A stretch of DNA of 64,000 bases, from the NCBI GenBank assembly GCA_021733945.1, contig JAIPJX010000002.1, forward strand, positions 8,247 to 72,246, in the 5' to 3' direction. The translations under genes were made by a program, and so were the position numbers. The notes under the pieces were generated by a model. That model was not told where the DNA came from. It did no database searches and worked only from the letters and a program-made list of their open reading frames with translations. Numbering within the stretch: the first letter of the stretch is position 1; the number at the start of each line of letters is the position of its first letter. The DNA comes from Verrucomicrobiota bacterium (GTDB lineage: Bacteria > Verrucomicrobiota > Verrucomicrobiia > Limisphaerales > SIBE01). This document shows, in pieces, positions 9,153 to 17,583 of the stretch.

Positions 9153-10061
9153 ATGAACCCGATCCTGTCCAGTCTACCACTTCCCGATCTGTCTGATCCC
9201 GGCCGGGCCGGCAGCCTGGAATTGCGCTCCGATACATGCGCGGGAGCACCACCGGCATCCCGCCCATCAGAGCGTCAGCCGTCGAAACAGCCGGACATTT
9301 CACCGCTGCTCCTTCGGTGGTTCACCGCGTACGGTCGCCGCTACATTCGTCGTCACTTTCATTCGCTTCGTGTCTCGCAATCCGGGATTCTGTCGGACGC
9401 GGAAGGGGTTCCGCTTGTGATCTACACCAACCACGCCTCCTGGTGGGATCCCCTGATCGGGCTCGTTCTGAAACAGGCCCTGCTTCCAGACCGCAGACTG
9501 TTCAGCCCGATCGACGCCGCCATGCTTGAGCGCTACCGCCTGTTCGCAAAGCTCGGTTTCTTCGGAGTTCAGCAACAGACCAGGCGGGGTGCGGTTCAGT
9601 TCCTGCGTGCGAGCGAAGCCATTCTTTCCGAGCCGGATTCCCTGCTCGCACTGACACCTCAGGGGAGATTTGCCGATGCCCGGGAACGACCCGTGCGATT
9701 TCAATCGGGCATCGGACATTTGGCCGCACGAACGACTCGGGCGGTCTTCGTGCCCATGGCGACCGAATTTGTGTTTTGGGAGGAACGCCTGCCCGAAGTC
9801 CTGGTTCGGTTCGGTGAACCGGTGGAGGTGCGGCGGGAACACGCCGCGGCTTTTGATTCGAAATATTGGACCGCTCTGTTCGAACAGAAACTCGAAACCG
9901 CCCAGGACGGCCTGTCCCTGCAGGCGCAACGGCGCGATCCAAAAGAGTTCATCACGTGCCTCCGGGGAGAAGCGGGTCAGGGAGGTGTCTACGATCTGTG
10001 GCGGGCCACAAAGGCGCGGTTCTTCGGTGCCGCTTTCCGGAAGGAGCACGGAAACAAATGA
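9153..10061 (+). CDS. Lysophospholipid (PlsC-type) acyltransferase family protein
   Basis: HX4D acyltransferase motif (YTNHASWWDPL), followed by LTPQGRF and a typical PlsC-like layout. Sits in the carotenoid operon. Confidence 0.75.
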   Translation: MNPILSSLPLPDLSDPGRAGSLELRSDTCAGAPPASRPSERQPSKQPDISPLLLRWFTAYGRRYIRRHFHSLRVSQSGILSDAEGVPLVIYTNHASWWDPLIGLVLKQALLPDRRLFSPIDAAMLERYRLFAKLGFFGVQQQTRRGAVQFLRASEAILSEPDSLLALTPQGRFADARERPVRFQSGIGHLAARTTRAVFVPMATEFVFWEERLPEVLVRFGEPVEVRREHAAAFDSKYWTALFEQKLETAQDGLSLQAQRRDPKEFITCLRGEAGQGGVYDLWRATKARFFGAAFRKEHGNK

Positions 10062-11212
10062 ATCTCGACACGCTCTCGCTGATTGCCCTGGTGTTGGCCG
10101 CCGTTCCCTGCGCTCTTTTTTTCATCAACCTCCTCGTGTACCGCAGGGTCCTCAAGGGCCCTTCGCGTTCCGACACCGCGGTCTCGGTGCTGATTCCCGC
10201 ACGCAACGAGGAACAAAACCTCGCCGCCACTCTCGAAGCCGTGCTTGCGAATCGGGAAGCCAGGTTCGAGGTGATTGTCCTGGACGATTCATCAACCGAT
10301 GGAACCGCGGAGATCCTGAAAACCTTTGCCCGGCGTGATCAGCGTGTCCGTGGGGAATCCGCCCCGTCGCTTCCGAAGGGATGGTGCGGCAAACAACACG
10401 CCTGCCACGTGCTCGCCGGACTGGCGCGCCACCCATTGCTCCTGTTTATCGACGCGGACGTGCGGCTGGCTCCGGATGCTTTGTCCCGGATGGTTCATTT
10501 CATGGAGCGGAATCCCGCTGCCCTGGCCAGTGGTGTGCCCAGGCAGAAGCTCGGGACCTTCAGTGAACGATTGCTGCTGCCATTGATTCATTCCGTCCTG
10601 CTTGGTTTTCTCCCCATGCACGCCATGCGCTGGACCCGGCGGGCTTCCTTGTCCGCAGGTTGCGGTCAGCTCTTCATCGCTCGACGCGACGCATACAAAC
10701 GCTGCGGAGGTCACGCCGAACTGCGTGCCTCCCTGCACGATGGCATTCGCCTGCCGCGCGTTTTCCGGAAGGCCGGATTCGCGACCGATCTTTTTGACGC
10801 CACCGATCTGGCCTCGTGCCGGATGTACCGAACCAACGGGGAAACCTGGCGCGGTTTGGGCAAGAATGCCACGGAAGGGTTGGGTGCTCCCGGAAGGATC
10901 GTGCCGATGACGGCGCTCCTTGCGGGTGGCCAGGTGCTCCCGTTCATCCTCTGCGGCTGTGCCCCAATCCTGTCTTCCAAGGCCCTCGTGCTGGCCCTGA
11001 GTGCCGCTGCGTTTGCGATCCTGCCCAGGCTGTTTGCGGTTCTTCGGTTCAGGCAACCCCTGGGCAGCGCTCTCCTGCATCCCCTTGGAGTTTTGGCCCT
11101 GCTCGCGATTCAGTGGAGTGCGCTCGTCCGGCAACTCCTTGGCAGACCTTCCCAATGGAAGGGCCGTTCCTATGGTCCCTCGGAGAGGATTCAACCGGCA
11201 GAAGCATTATGA
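10058..11212 (+). CDS. Family 2 glycosyltransferase (CrtQ-like position in the carotenoid operon)
   Basis: ATG at 10058 (ATGA overlap). An N-terminal TM segment is followed by VSVLIPARNEEQNLAATLEAVL...EVIVLDDSSTDGT (GT-A/GT2), with C-terminal TM helices. The ORF-track start at 9866 is an upstream extension. Confidence 0.85.
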   Translation: MNLDTLSLIALVLAAVPCALFFINLLVYRRVLKGPSRSDTAVSVLIPARNEEQNLAATLEAVLANREARFEVIVLDDSSTDGTAEILKTFARRDQRVRGESAPSLPKGWCGKQHACHVLAGLARHPLLLFIDADVRLAPDALSRMVHFMERNPAALASGVPRQKLGTFSERLLLPLIHSVLLGFLPMHAMRWTRRASLSAGCGQLFIARRDAYKRCGGHAELRASLHDGIRLPRVFRKAGFATDLFDATDLASCRMYRTNGETWRGLGKNATEGLGAPGRIVPMTALLAGGQVLPFILCGCAPILSSKALVLALSAAAFAILPRLFAVLRFRQPLGSALLHPLGVLALLAIQWSALVRQLLGRPSQWKGRSYGPSERIQPAEAL

Positions 11213-11769
11213 CACCCATGCAACTCTCATTACTACCGCTGATCGTTTTCCTGTTGAGCGGAATGCTCGTTCGGTTCAATGAGGCCGCTCCTGCGCTGGA
11301 TCAAGCGCCGCCAAACGTGGAACTGCACGATCAGTACAACGTTGCTCACATCCTTTCCTTTCCAGCCCGCCGTGTCACCCTGCTCACGATTGCCGACCGA
11401 AAAGGTTCCAAACAGGTGGCGGGCTGGATCGAGGCCATCAAACCGGGTTACGGGGAGCGGATCGATATTCGGGGCCTCGCTGATTGTGGCGCCGTACCCG
11501 CATTCCTCCGGGGCTGGATCCGGAAGAAATTCCAGGAAACCCTCAAATATCCTGTGATGATGGATTGGACGGGTGAAATCTGTTCGCAGTTCGGATTCAA
11601 ATCGGATCAGGCAAACATCCTTGTGATCGGACCGGATGGCGTCATCCGGGCGCGTGTCTTTGGTGAAGCCAACGCCGTCGCGATTGCGAAGATCACCGAG
11701 GCTCTTGATGAGGCGGTTGCCGCCGCCCCGGGCAACGCCTCGGCGCATTCCCGTTGGGTTAAGAATTGA
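11209..11769 (+). CDS. Secreted or membrane-anchored thioredoxin-fold-like protein lacking a CxxC motif
   Basis: ATG 11209 overlaps the GT2 stop (ATGA). N-terminal hydrophobic signal or anchor LSLLPLIVFLLSGML. The layout is redoxin-like (VELHDQYNVAHILSF..RVTLLTIADRKGSKQV ... ILVIGPDGVIRARVFG), but the CxxC position reads DRKG. Confidence 0.6.
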   Translation: MTPMQLSLLPLIVFLLSGMLVRFNEAAPALDQAPPNVELHDQYNVAHILSFPARRVTLLTIADRKGSKQVAGWIEAIKPGYGERIDIRGLADCGAVPAFLRGWIRKKFQETLKYPVMMDWTGEICSQFGFKSDQANILVIGPDGVIRARVFGEANAVAIAKITEALDEAVAAAPGNASAHSRWVKN

Positions 11770-11985
11770 AAAGAGATCGCGAACCACGCGCTGCCATTGT
11801 GTCGTGTCCGCTGACCCTGCCGGGGGGCATCCGCTCCGAACGGTGTGCCCCGCCAACCAGATAAGGCCGAATGGCATTGGGTTTAAGTCCGCGACCCCGG
11901 ACGATGCAGCCGCTGGCCGAAGGAGGATCGCTGGAATGAAGGCGCTGAGATTGACAGCGTTCAACCCGGCGGGCACGGTTTTTGA

Positions 11986-13347
11986 ATGAGCAATGTCACT
12001 CGGTTCGGCGCGTCGGGGGATGGCCTGACGGATGATACGGAGGGAATTCGGCATGCGGTGGCCAATGGCGATGGGATGCTGCACTTTCCTCCGGGAACCT
12101 ACAGAATCACGGCACCGATCGAGATCGATCTTGCATCGCGCAGTCCGCTGGCAATCGACGGCACAGGCGGCACGGCGCGCATTGTCATGGCCGGCAAGGG
12201 GCCGGCGTTTCGATTGATTGGCACGCACCGAGGCACGGGCGATCCCGGCAGCCGTGAGGGCAATGTGGCGACGCATCAGCGGATGCCGACAGTTCGGAAC
12301 ATCGAGATCGCGGGAGCCCATGAGGAGGCCGACGGCTTTGAGTTGATTCAGACGATGCAGGCGATCTTCGAGGGGGTGATGGTGACGAAGTGTCGGCACG
12401 GCATTCATCTGACCCGGCGCAACCGCAATGTGCTCATCACTCACTGCCACCTGTATGCCAACACGGGCGTGGGGATTTACCTCGATGGCGTGAGTCTGCA
12501 TCAGATCAATCTGAATGGAAATCACATCAGCTACAACCGGCTGGGTGGAATCCGGGTGGAACGTTCCGAAGTCCGCAACCTCCAGATCACCGGCAATGAC
12601 ATCGAGTACAACAATCATCGTGCCCATCAGACCGAGCCCGAACCGACTGCCGAGATCTACATCGACACCACGGCCGAAGGCGCGAGCGTCAACGAGGTGA
12701 CCATCGCTTCGAATACCATCCAGGCCACCCATTCGCCCGGTGGCTGCAACATCCGCATCCTCGAGAAACGGGATGCTTCCCGACCTCCAGGTTTGTTTTC
12801 GATTGCCGGCAACATCATCGGAAGTCAGGAGAACAACGTGCATCTAACCGGGTGTTATGGAATGGCCATCAGCGGCAACTGCATTTATTCGTGCGCGAAT
12901 CGAAATCTGCTGATCGAGGATTCACGCCTGATCAACATCTCGGGAAACACCTTCCGGCGCCACACCCCGGAATCCGGCACGGGCGTGCGTTTTGTGGGGT
13001 GCTCCGACATCGCGTTCACGGGTTGTTCCATTCTGGATGAAACCGAAAGCGGCCAGCCCGGCCTCGCCGGCCTTCTGGAAATCACCGGCTGTGATCGCAT
13101 CAACATCACGGGGTGTCAGTTTCTCAACGGGGCTCCCGCGAGCATCGCATCCGTTAACAGCCGACAGTTGTCCATTACCGGCAACACACTGTGCGACACC
13201 CGCAAAACTCCGGTCGCCCGGCACGCCATTCAGTTCTCCGGCCCCGGGGCCGGACATCTTGTGACAGCCAACACCATCGGTCCCACGACGGGTCAGGCCG
13301 TGACGGGAGAAGCCCGACTCGAAGGCAATCTCGTGTCTGGGAATTGA
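11986..13347 (+). CDS. Right-handed parallel beta-helix repeat protein (pectate-lyase-superfamily / GH28-related N-terminus)
   Basis: N-terminus VTRFGASGDGLTDDTEGIRHAVANGDGMLHFPPGTYRI. Repeated I-x-G/N-N turns are present (NLQITGNDIEYNN, TIASNTIQA, ISGNCIYS, ISGNTF, ITGCQFLN, SITGNTL). Confidence 0.8.
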   Translation: MSNVTRFGASGDGLTDDTEGIRHAVANGDGMLHFPPGTYRITAPIEIDLASRSPLAIDGTGGTARIVMAGKGPAFRLIGTHRGTGDPGSREGNVATHQRMPTVRNIEIAGAHEEADGFELIQTMQAIFEGVMVTKCRHGIHLTRRNRNVLITHCHLYANTGVGIYLDGVSLHQINLNGNHISYNRLGGIRVERSEVRNLQITGNDIEYNNHRAHQTEPEPTAEIYIDTTAEGASVNEVTIASNTIQATHSPGGCNIRILEKRDASRPPGLFSIAGNIIGSQENNVHLTGCYGMAISGNCIYSCANRNLLIEDSRLINISGNTFRRHTPESGTGVRFVGCSDIAFTGCSILDETESGQPGLAGLLEITGCDRINITGCQFLNGAPASIASVNSRQLSITGNTLCDTRKTPVARHAIQFSGPGAGHLVTANTIGPTTGQAVTGEARLEGNLVSGN

Positions 13348-13459
13348 ACGATCAGGAGTGGTGCGGGCCCGGCTGCGCGAGGCCCTTCTCTCCATCATCA
13401 ATTTGCGTTCCCTGGGTCTTCGCGTGAGACCCTCGGAACGACGAGTCTCCGGCCGGATC

Positions 13460-14656
13460 CTACTTGCGAAGAACCCTTGCGACGGGTCGGCCCGCCTCCG
13501 GATGCGTGGCATGAAAGTCCAGTCCAAGAAAGGAACTGAGCGTGGCTGCGATCTGGTTCTGGTAAATGGTTTCCGCATTCGCCCATTCGCCGCGCAGGTT
13601 GTTGTCTGGATTTACGAATGCCATCCAAATGTATTGCGCCCCCTCGATCTTTGAACCGTGACCGGTCCAGTCTTCACCGGTCAACCCGCGGCCGTGGTCG
13701 GTGGTGATCACCAGGCTGGTTTTTCCACGATACTGTTCCTCGGATTGCAGATAGTCCCAAAGCTGCCGGAAATAGGCGTCGCATTGTTCGGCGGACTGAA
13801 GCACTCGATCGTATCGGCCATCATGCGCCCAATCGTCCGTTTCACCGAGGCTCAGATAGAGGACTCGCGGTTTGTAGGTTCGCAGATGGGCCATGGCGAA
13901 ACGAAACGTGTAGGCGTCGTGCCGGACGCTGTCCCAGGGAGTGCCGGTCTCCCTTTGCAGTTTGTTGAGAAGCTGAACCTCCGGCGACGGATGATCGTAG
14001 GGTTCGAAGCCGGCATTGATCGTGATGGCACCCGGCGATTTTTCCGCGATCCAGTTCATGACCTCCCAGGAAGCGAACGCGGCAACCTGATTCTTCGAGA
14101 GTTCCAGTTTGTCCTTGAGAAATTCAAGCACGGAAGCGTTTGGATTCTGGATCTTGTCGTTGCTCCGGATCAAGTCATCATGTGCCTGTCCGGTCAGGAT
14201 CTCGGAATACCCGGGATACGAAAACCGATGGCCGTTTGTCAGGAGCACGGTGCTTCCCTGGGTGCGGTTGCCCGCCACCGAACCATGATCCCGCATCAGG
14301 GTTTTCCAGAAGAACGGCATCAATTTCTCACGACGCTCTTCGGCGGTGGGTGCCCAGTACTTCTGGTACAACGGCGACTCTTCAACGGGTTTGCCTTGGT
14401 TCACCGAGCTGAGGATTTTCAGGTCGATGCCCCCGAACAATTCCTGAATGCGAAGGCCGTCCATTGTCACGAGCACCACGTTCTCCGTGTGGTTTTCAGC
14501 TCCAATCGCTTTTCCAGGCAAAAGGGGCGGAATCAGCAACCCGATCCAAAGAAAAAGGCGGCAGCAGGTGAGCTGGGTTTTGTGAAATCTCACTGGGAAC
14601 GAAGGCCCTTTCCACAAGATTCTCAACACGTTCCATCCAACGATTTGATCCATCAT
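13460..14656 (-). CDS. Alkaline-phosphatase-superfamily metalloenzyme (NPP/phosphodiesterase-like), secreted
   Basis: [13 protein letters not shown] (metal-binding Asp), [13 protein letters not shown] (nucleophile region), [12 protein letters not shown] and VITTDHGRG. The start is placed at the ATGATG at 14656, ahead of a hydrophobic leader. The ORF extends to 14818. Confidence 0.7.
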   Translation of the reverse strand: MMDQIVGWNVLRILWKGPSFPVRFHKTQLTCCRLFLWIGLLIPPLLPGKAIGAENHTENVVLVTMDGLRIQELFGGIDLKILSSVNQGKPVEESPLYQKYWAPTAEERREKLMPFFWKTLMRDHGSVAGNRTQGSTVLLTNGHRFSYPGYSEILTGQAHDDLIRSNDKIQNPNASVLEFLKDKLELSKNQVAAFASWEVMNWIAEKSPGAITINAGFEPYDHPSPEVQLLNKLQRETGTPWDSVRHDAYTFRFAMAHLRTYKPRVLYLSLGETDDWAHDGRYDRVLQSAEQCDAYFRQLWDYLQSEEQYRGKTSLVITTDHGRGLTGEDWTGHGSKIEGAQYIWMAFVNPDNNLRGEWANAETIYQNQIAATLSSFLGLDFHATHPEAGRPVARVLRK

Positions 14657-14803
14657 GACACGCGTTGATCTAACACAGTCCTGCGTTGAAGGCCACCCTT
14701 TCCTCAGTGCCCAATGCCGAGCTGTGACCCAGTGATGACAGGGGTGCCGATTGTGATTGGCGCGAAGCCGGGCAGGCGGTAGTTTTTGGGCAATCCACGA
14801 TTT

Positions 14804-16081
14804 ATGAAACTTTGGCATCCTCCCAGATCGGCTTCCTCGGCAATGCTTCTCCTCGCTGTCGCGCTATCGCTTGCGTCGCGTGCGGCTGACTGGAATGGAT
14901 GGCGCGGTCCCGGGGCATTGGGGGTGAGCCCAAACCAGCCCGTTCCCGTGAACTGGACCGCTGAAACCGGGACGACATGGAAGACCGAGTTGCCCGGCGC
15001 GGGAGGTTCCAGCCCGATCGTCTGGGGCGATCACATTTACGTGACGGCTTACACCGGATACGGAGTGCCGGGTGAACCTGCCGGTGAGATGCAGGACCTG
15101 AGTCGGGAGCTTCTCTGCCTGAACCGTTGGAATGGTGGTGTGATTTGGAACAGAAGGGTGCCCGCCGTACTTCCGGAACAGGAGAAGGTGCGTGACCACG
15201 GGTACGCCTCCAGCACTCCGCTTGCGGATCAAGACCGCGTTTACGCTTTCTTCGGAAAATCAGGCGTGTTTGCGTTCTCGCACGCGGGCGAACAACTCTG
15301 GCGGGCGGATGTTGGGGACGGGATTCACGGCTGGGGCTCGGCCTCCTCGCTCGTGCTTTACAAAAACCTGGTGATCGCCAACGCAAGCGTCGAGAGTGGG
15401 GCGATGATCGCTCTGGACCGCGCGACAGGGAGGGAAGTCTGGCGGACTCCGGGCATGAAGGAATCCTGGAACACCCCCTTGCTGGTCCCAGTGGGCGGGG
15501 GGCGAACGGAGTTGGTGGTCGCGATCTTCGGAAAGGTGCTCGGACTGAATCCGGATTCGGGAGAATCCCTCTGGTCGTGTGACACGGGGATTGGCTGGTA
15601 CATGGTGCCGAGCCTTGTGAATCAGGAAGACATGGTTTACTGCATCGGGGGGCGAACGGGTGGCGGTCTCGCCGTGAAAGCGGGCGGTCGCGGAGATGTC
15701 ACTCAATCCCACCGCGCATGGACGATGAAAAAAGGCTCCAACGTCTCCTCCCCGATCCTCCACGAGGGTCACCTGTACTGGGTGCACGAGCAGTTGGGCG
15801 TCGTCAATTGCGCCCGGGCCGACACTGGCGCAATGGTCTATGAAGAGAGACTGACGCGGGCGGGTCAGGTCTATGCCTCCCCGATCCTCGCGGGGCGGAA
15901 CCTCTATGTGCTCTCTCGAAGCGGAACTGTTTTTGTGATCACGGCACAACCAAGATTCGAACTCATGGCCACCAATCATCTGGGCGACAGAAGTCGATTC
16001 GATGCGAGTCCGGTCGTGGACGGAGACCGGTTGCTGGTCCGCTCCGACCGTTACCTGCATTGCATCGGAGCGAAGCCCTGA
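14804..16081 (+). CDS. PQQ-like (BamB-type) beta-propeller repeat protein, secreted
   Basis: Signal peptide [27 protein letters not shown], then [14 protein letters not shown]. Propeller blades recur (IYVTAY, VYAFFG, VIANAS, MVYCIGG, LYWVHE, LYVLSR). Confidence 0.8.
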   Translation: MKLWHPPRSASSAMLLLAVALSLASRAADWNGWRGPGALGVSPNQPVPVNWTAETGTTWKTELPGAGGSSPIVWGDHIYVTAYTGYGVPGEPAGEMQDLSRELLCLNRWNGGVIWNRRVPAVLPEQEKVRDHGYASSTPLADQDRVYAFFGKSGVFAFSHAGEQLWRADVGDGIHGWGSASSLVLYKNLVIANASVESGAMIALDRATGREVWRTPGMKESWNTPLLVPVGGGRTELVVAIFGKVLGLNPDSGESLWSCDTGIGWYMVPSLVNQEDMVYCIGGRTGGGLAVKAGGRGDVTQSHRAWTMKKGSNVSSPILHEGHLYWVHEQLGVVNCARADTGAMVYEERLTRAGQVYASPILAGRNLYVLSRSGTVFVITAQPRFELMATNHLGDRSRFDASPVVDGDRLLVRSDRYLHCIGAKP

Positions 16082-16217
16082 GCTGAGAAGTTGCCGTTGA
16101 ATCAGGGCAGGGCGCGAAAGGGTCGCAGGAGAAGGGCCCTGCCATGGATCCGCCGGCCGCATCAGGAAGGCGACCGGCCACTTCTTCTGAATCCCGAAAG
16201 GTTGGCCGGCCCCGGGC

Positions 16218-17570
16218 CTATCCAGCCGTCGAGCACGGCACCAGAATCGCGTCCCGCATTCCGTGGATGATCTTTTTGTCGGCGGGACAAATCGTTGCCA
16301 GCACCCCGCCGAGTTGGGTGCGGGCGGAATCCCCCAGGCCCGTGACAAAGAAATAGGGGCAAAGCCGGACGCGTCCCTGCATCGTGACTTCCGTTTCCGC
16401 TTCAAAGTCGAACCAGCGTGTTTCCACCGTTCTGGGTTTGTGGAAACGCTGCAGGACATGGGGGGATTTTTCGAATGACCGCAAAGCAACATCGACGGCG
16501 GCGCTCCAGTCACCGCTCGAAAGGTCGTTGCCGAGAAACACACCGCGGGCACCCCAGGCCTGCTCGGAATATCCGGAGATCTTGAGAATCAGATTGCGCT
16601 CCTTCTGTGAGAGCGTTTTCAGCTGGTTCCAGTCGGTGAGATTCAACTCGGGAATCGCCCCGTGCGCCGGAAGCGGGGCCGGATCCATCACCCATGTGTA
16701 TGGCACGGATTCGAGCATCTTGTCGAGGAACCGACCACCCAGTTCCTGACGCCAGAAATCCCGCAGGTTCCGATTCCAGAGGAGTGCCAGCAACAGTTTC
16801 TCCTCAAACAACGGCTTGGGCGGAGGTGTGAGCTGGATCTTTCCCTCACGGGCCAATGCAAGCGCCTGGCGCGCATTGGCGACATTGTGCAGATCGAACA
16901 GCTCAAAAAAACGGTAGACTGCATCACCGGGTTCGAACCCGGTGAACTGCGAATCCCGCACCGCGAACCGATCCGTCCCCAACTGTGCGCAAATCCATTC
17001 CATCTCCGGACGGTACGTGGCCGCTTCTTCGGATACGACGACGTGGACACGGGGTGCGTCCCCGAAGATGTTTTCGAACCCCCGGATCATGCCATCCGCC
17101 CCGCCGATGATGCCTCCGGTTTTTGCCGCCCCGGAGGTGGGTGGGGGAGTCAGGTCGGCGTAGGTCTGGTTGAGCCACCCGGTTAATCCAATGCCTCCGG
17201 GAACACTGTCCAATTCGGTGATCGCAAGTCCCGTTTCCGTCAGGAGCACATCGGGACGGATGACACGGGGCAGGTCGTTCTTGAAGGTCGCGGATCGCTG
17301 TAGTTCGATCAATTCCGCCGGCTTTCCCTGATCCAGCCAGCGGGCGATCCAGGCCGGTTGTTTGCCTGCCACGCTCAGCCGGTAGAGCAGGTTGGTGGCG
17401 CGATTGAACTGGAACAAAACACGGCCGAGAAACTCCAGGTCCTTGGCCAGGCGCGGCTCCAATTCGAAGGGCGCCGGCGCGATGCGGAAGTCCTTTCCTT
17501 GGAAAAGCCCCTCGTTCGGAAATCGCCCGCGCACGAAACGCGCCTTGTCGCCCGGTGAATCAGGATGCAC
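16218..17570 (-). CDS. Conserved hypothetical protein, possibly a circularly permuted ATP-grasp (eukaryotic-type glutathione-synthetase-like) enzyme
   Basis: Long ORF in the proA operon. The upstream part of the 553-aa track ORF overlaps proA, so the start is placed at GTG 17570, 13 nt after the proA stop. By-eye similarities to eu-GS include RIAPAPFELEP, VIRPDVLL..ITELDSVPGGIG, LILKISGYSEQAWGARGVFLG and VLQRFHKP. The function is uncertain. Confidence 0.5.
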   Translation of the reverse strand: MHPDSPGDKARFVRGRFPNEGLFQGKDFRIAPAPFELEPRLAKDLEFLGRVLFQFNRATNLLYRLSVAGKQPAWIARWLDQGKPAELIELQRSATFKNDLPRVIRPDVLLTETGLAITELDSVPGGIGLTGWLNQTYADLTPPPTSGAAKTGGIIGGADGMIRGFENIFGDAPRVHVVVSEEAATYRPEMEWICAQLGTDRFAVRDSQFTGFEPGDAVYRFFELFDLHNVANARQALALAREGKIQLTPPPKPLFEEKLLLALLWNRNLRDFWRQELGGRFLDKMLESVPYTWVMDPAPLPAHGAIPELNLTDWNQLKTLSQKERNLILKISGYSEQAWGARGVFLGNDLSSGDWSAAVDVALRSFEKSPHVLQRFHKPRTVETRWFDFEAETEVTMQGRVRLCPYFFVTGLGDSARTQLGGVLATICPADKKIIHGMRDAILVPCSTAG

Positions 17571-17583
17571 GAAAACCTTGTCC

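Noticed and set aside
11233-12843. 536-aa ORF on the minus strand, the longest unexplained ORF in the track
   Set aside because: It lies entirely antisense to the beta-helix gene (11986-13347) and the preceding operon end. Its translation is Arg/Gly/Pro/His-rich with no recognisable motif, while the plus-strand ORFs have clear domain signatures. This is typical of stop-poor antisense frames in GC-rich DNA.
16107-16144. GGCAGGGC ... GCCCTGCC inverted repeat between convergent genes, as a possible terminator
   Set aside because: The 8-bp stem has a 22-nt loop and no U-tract on either strand, which is too weak to call.
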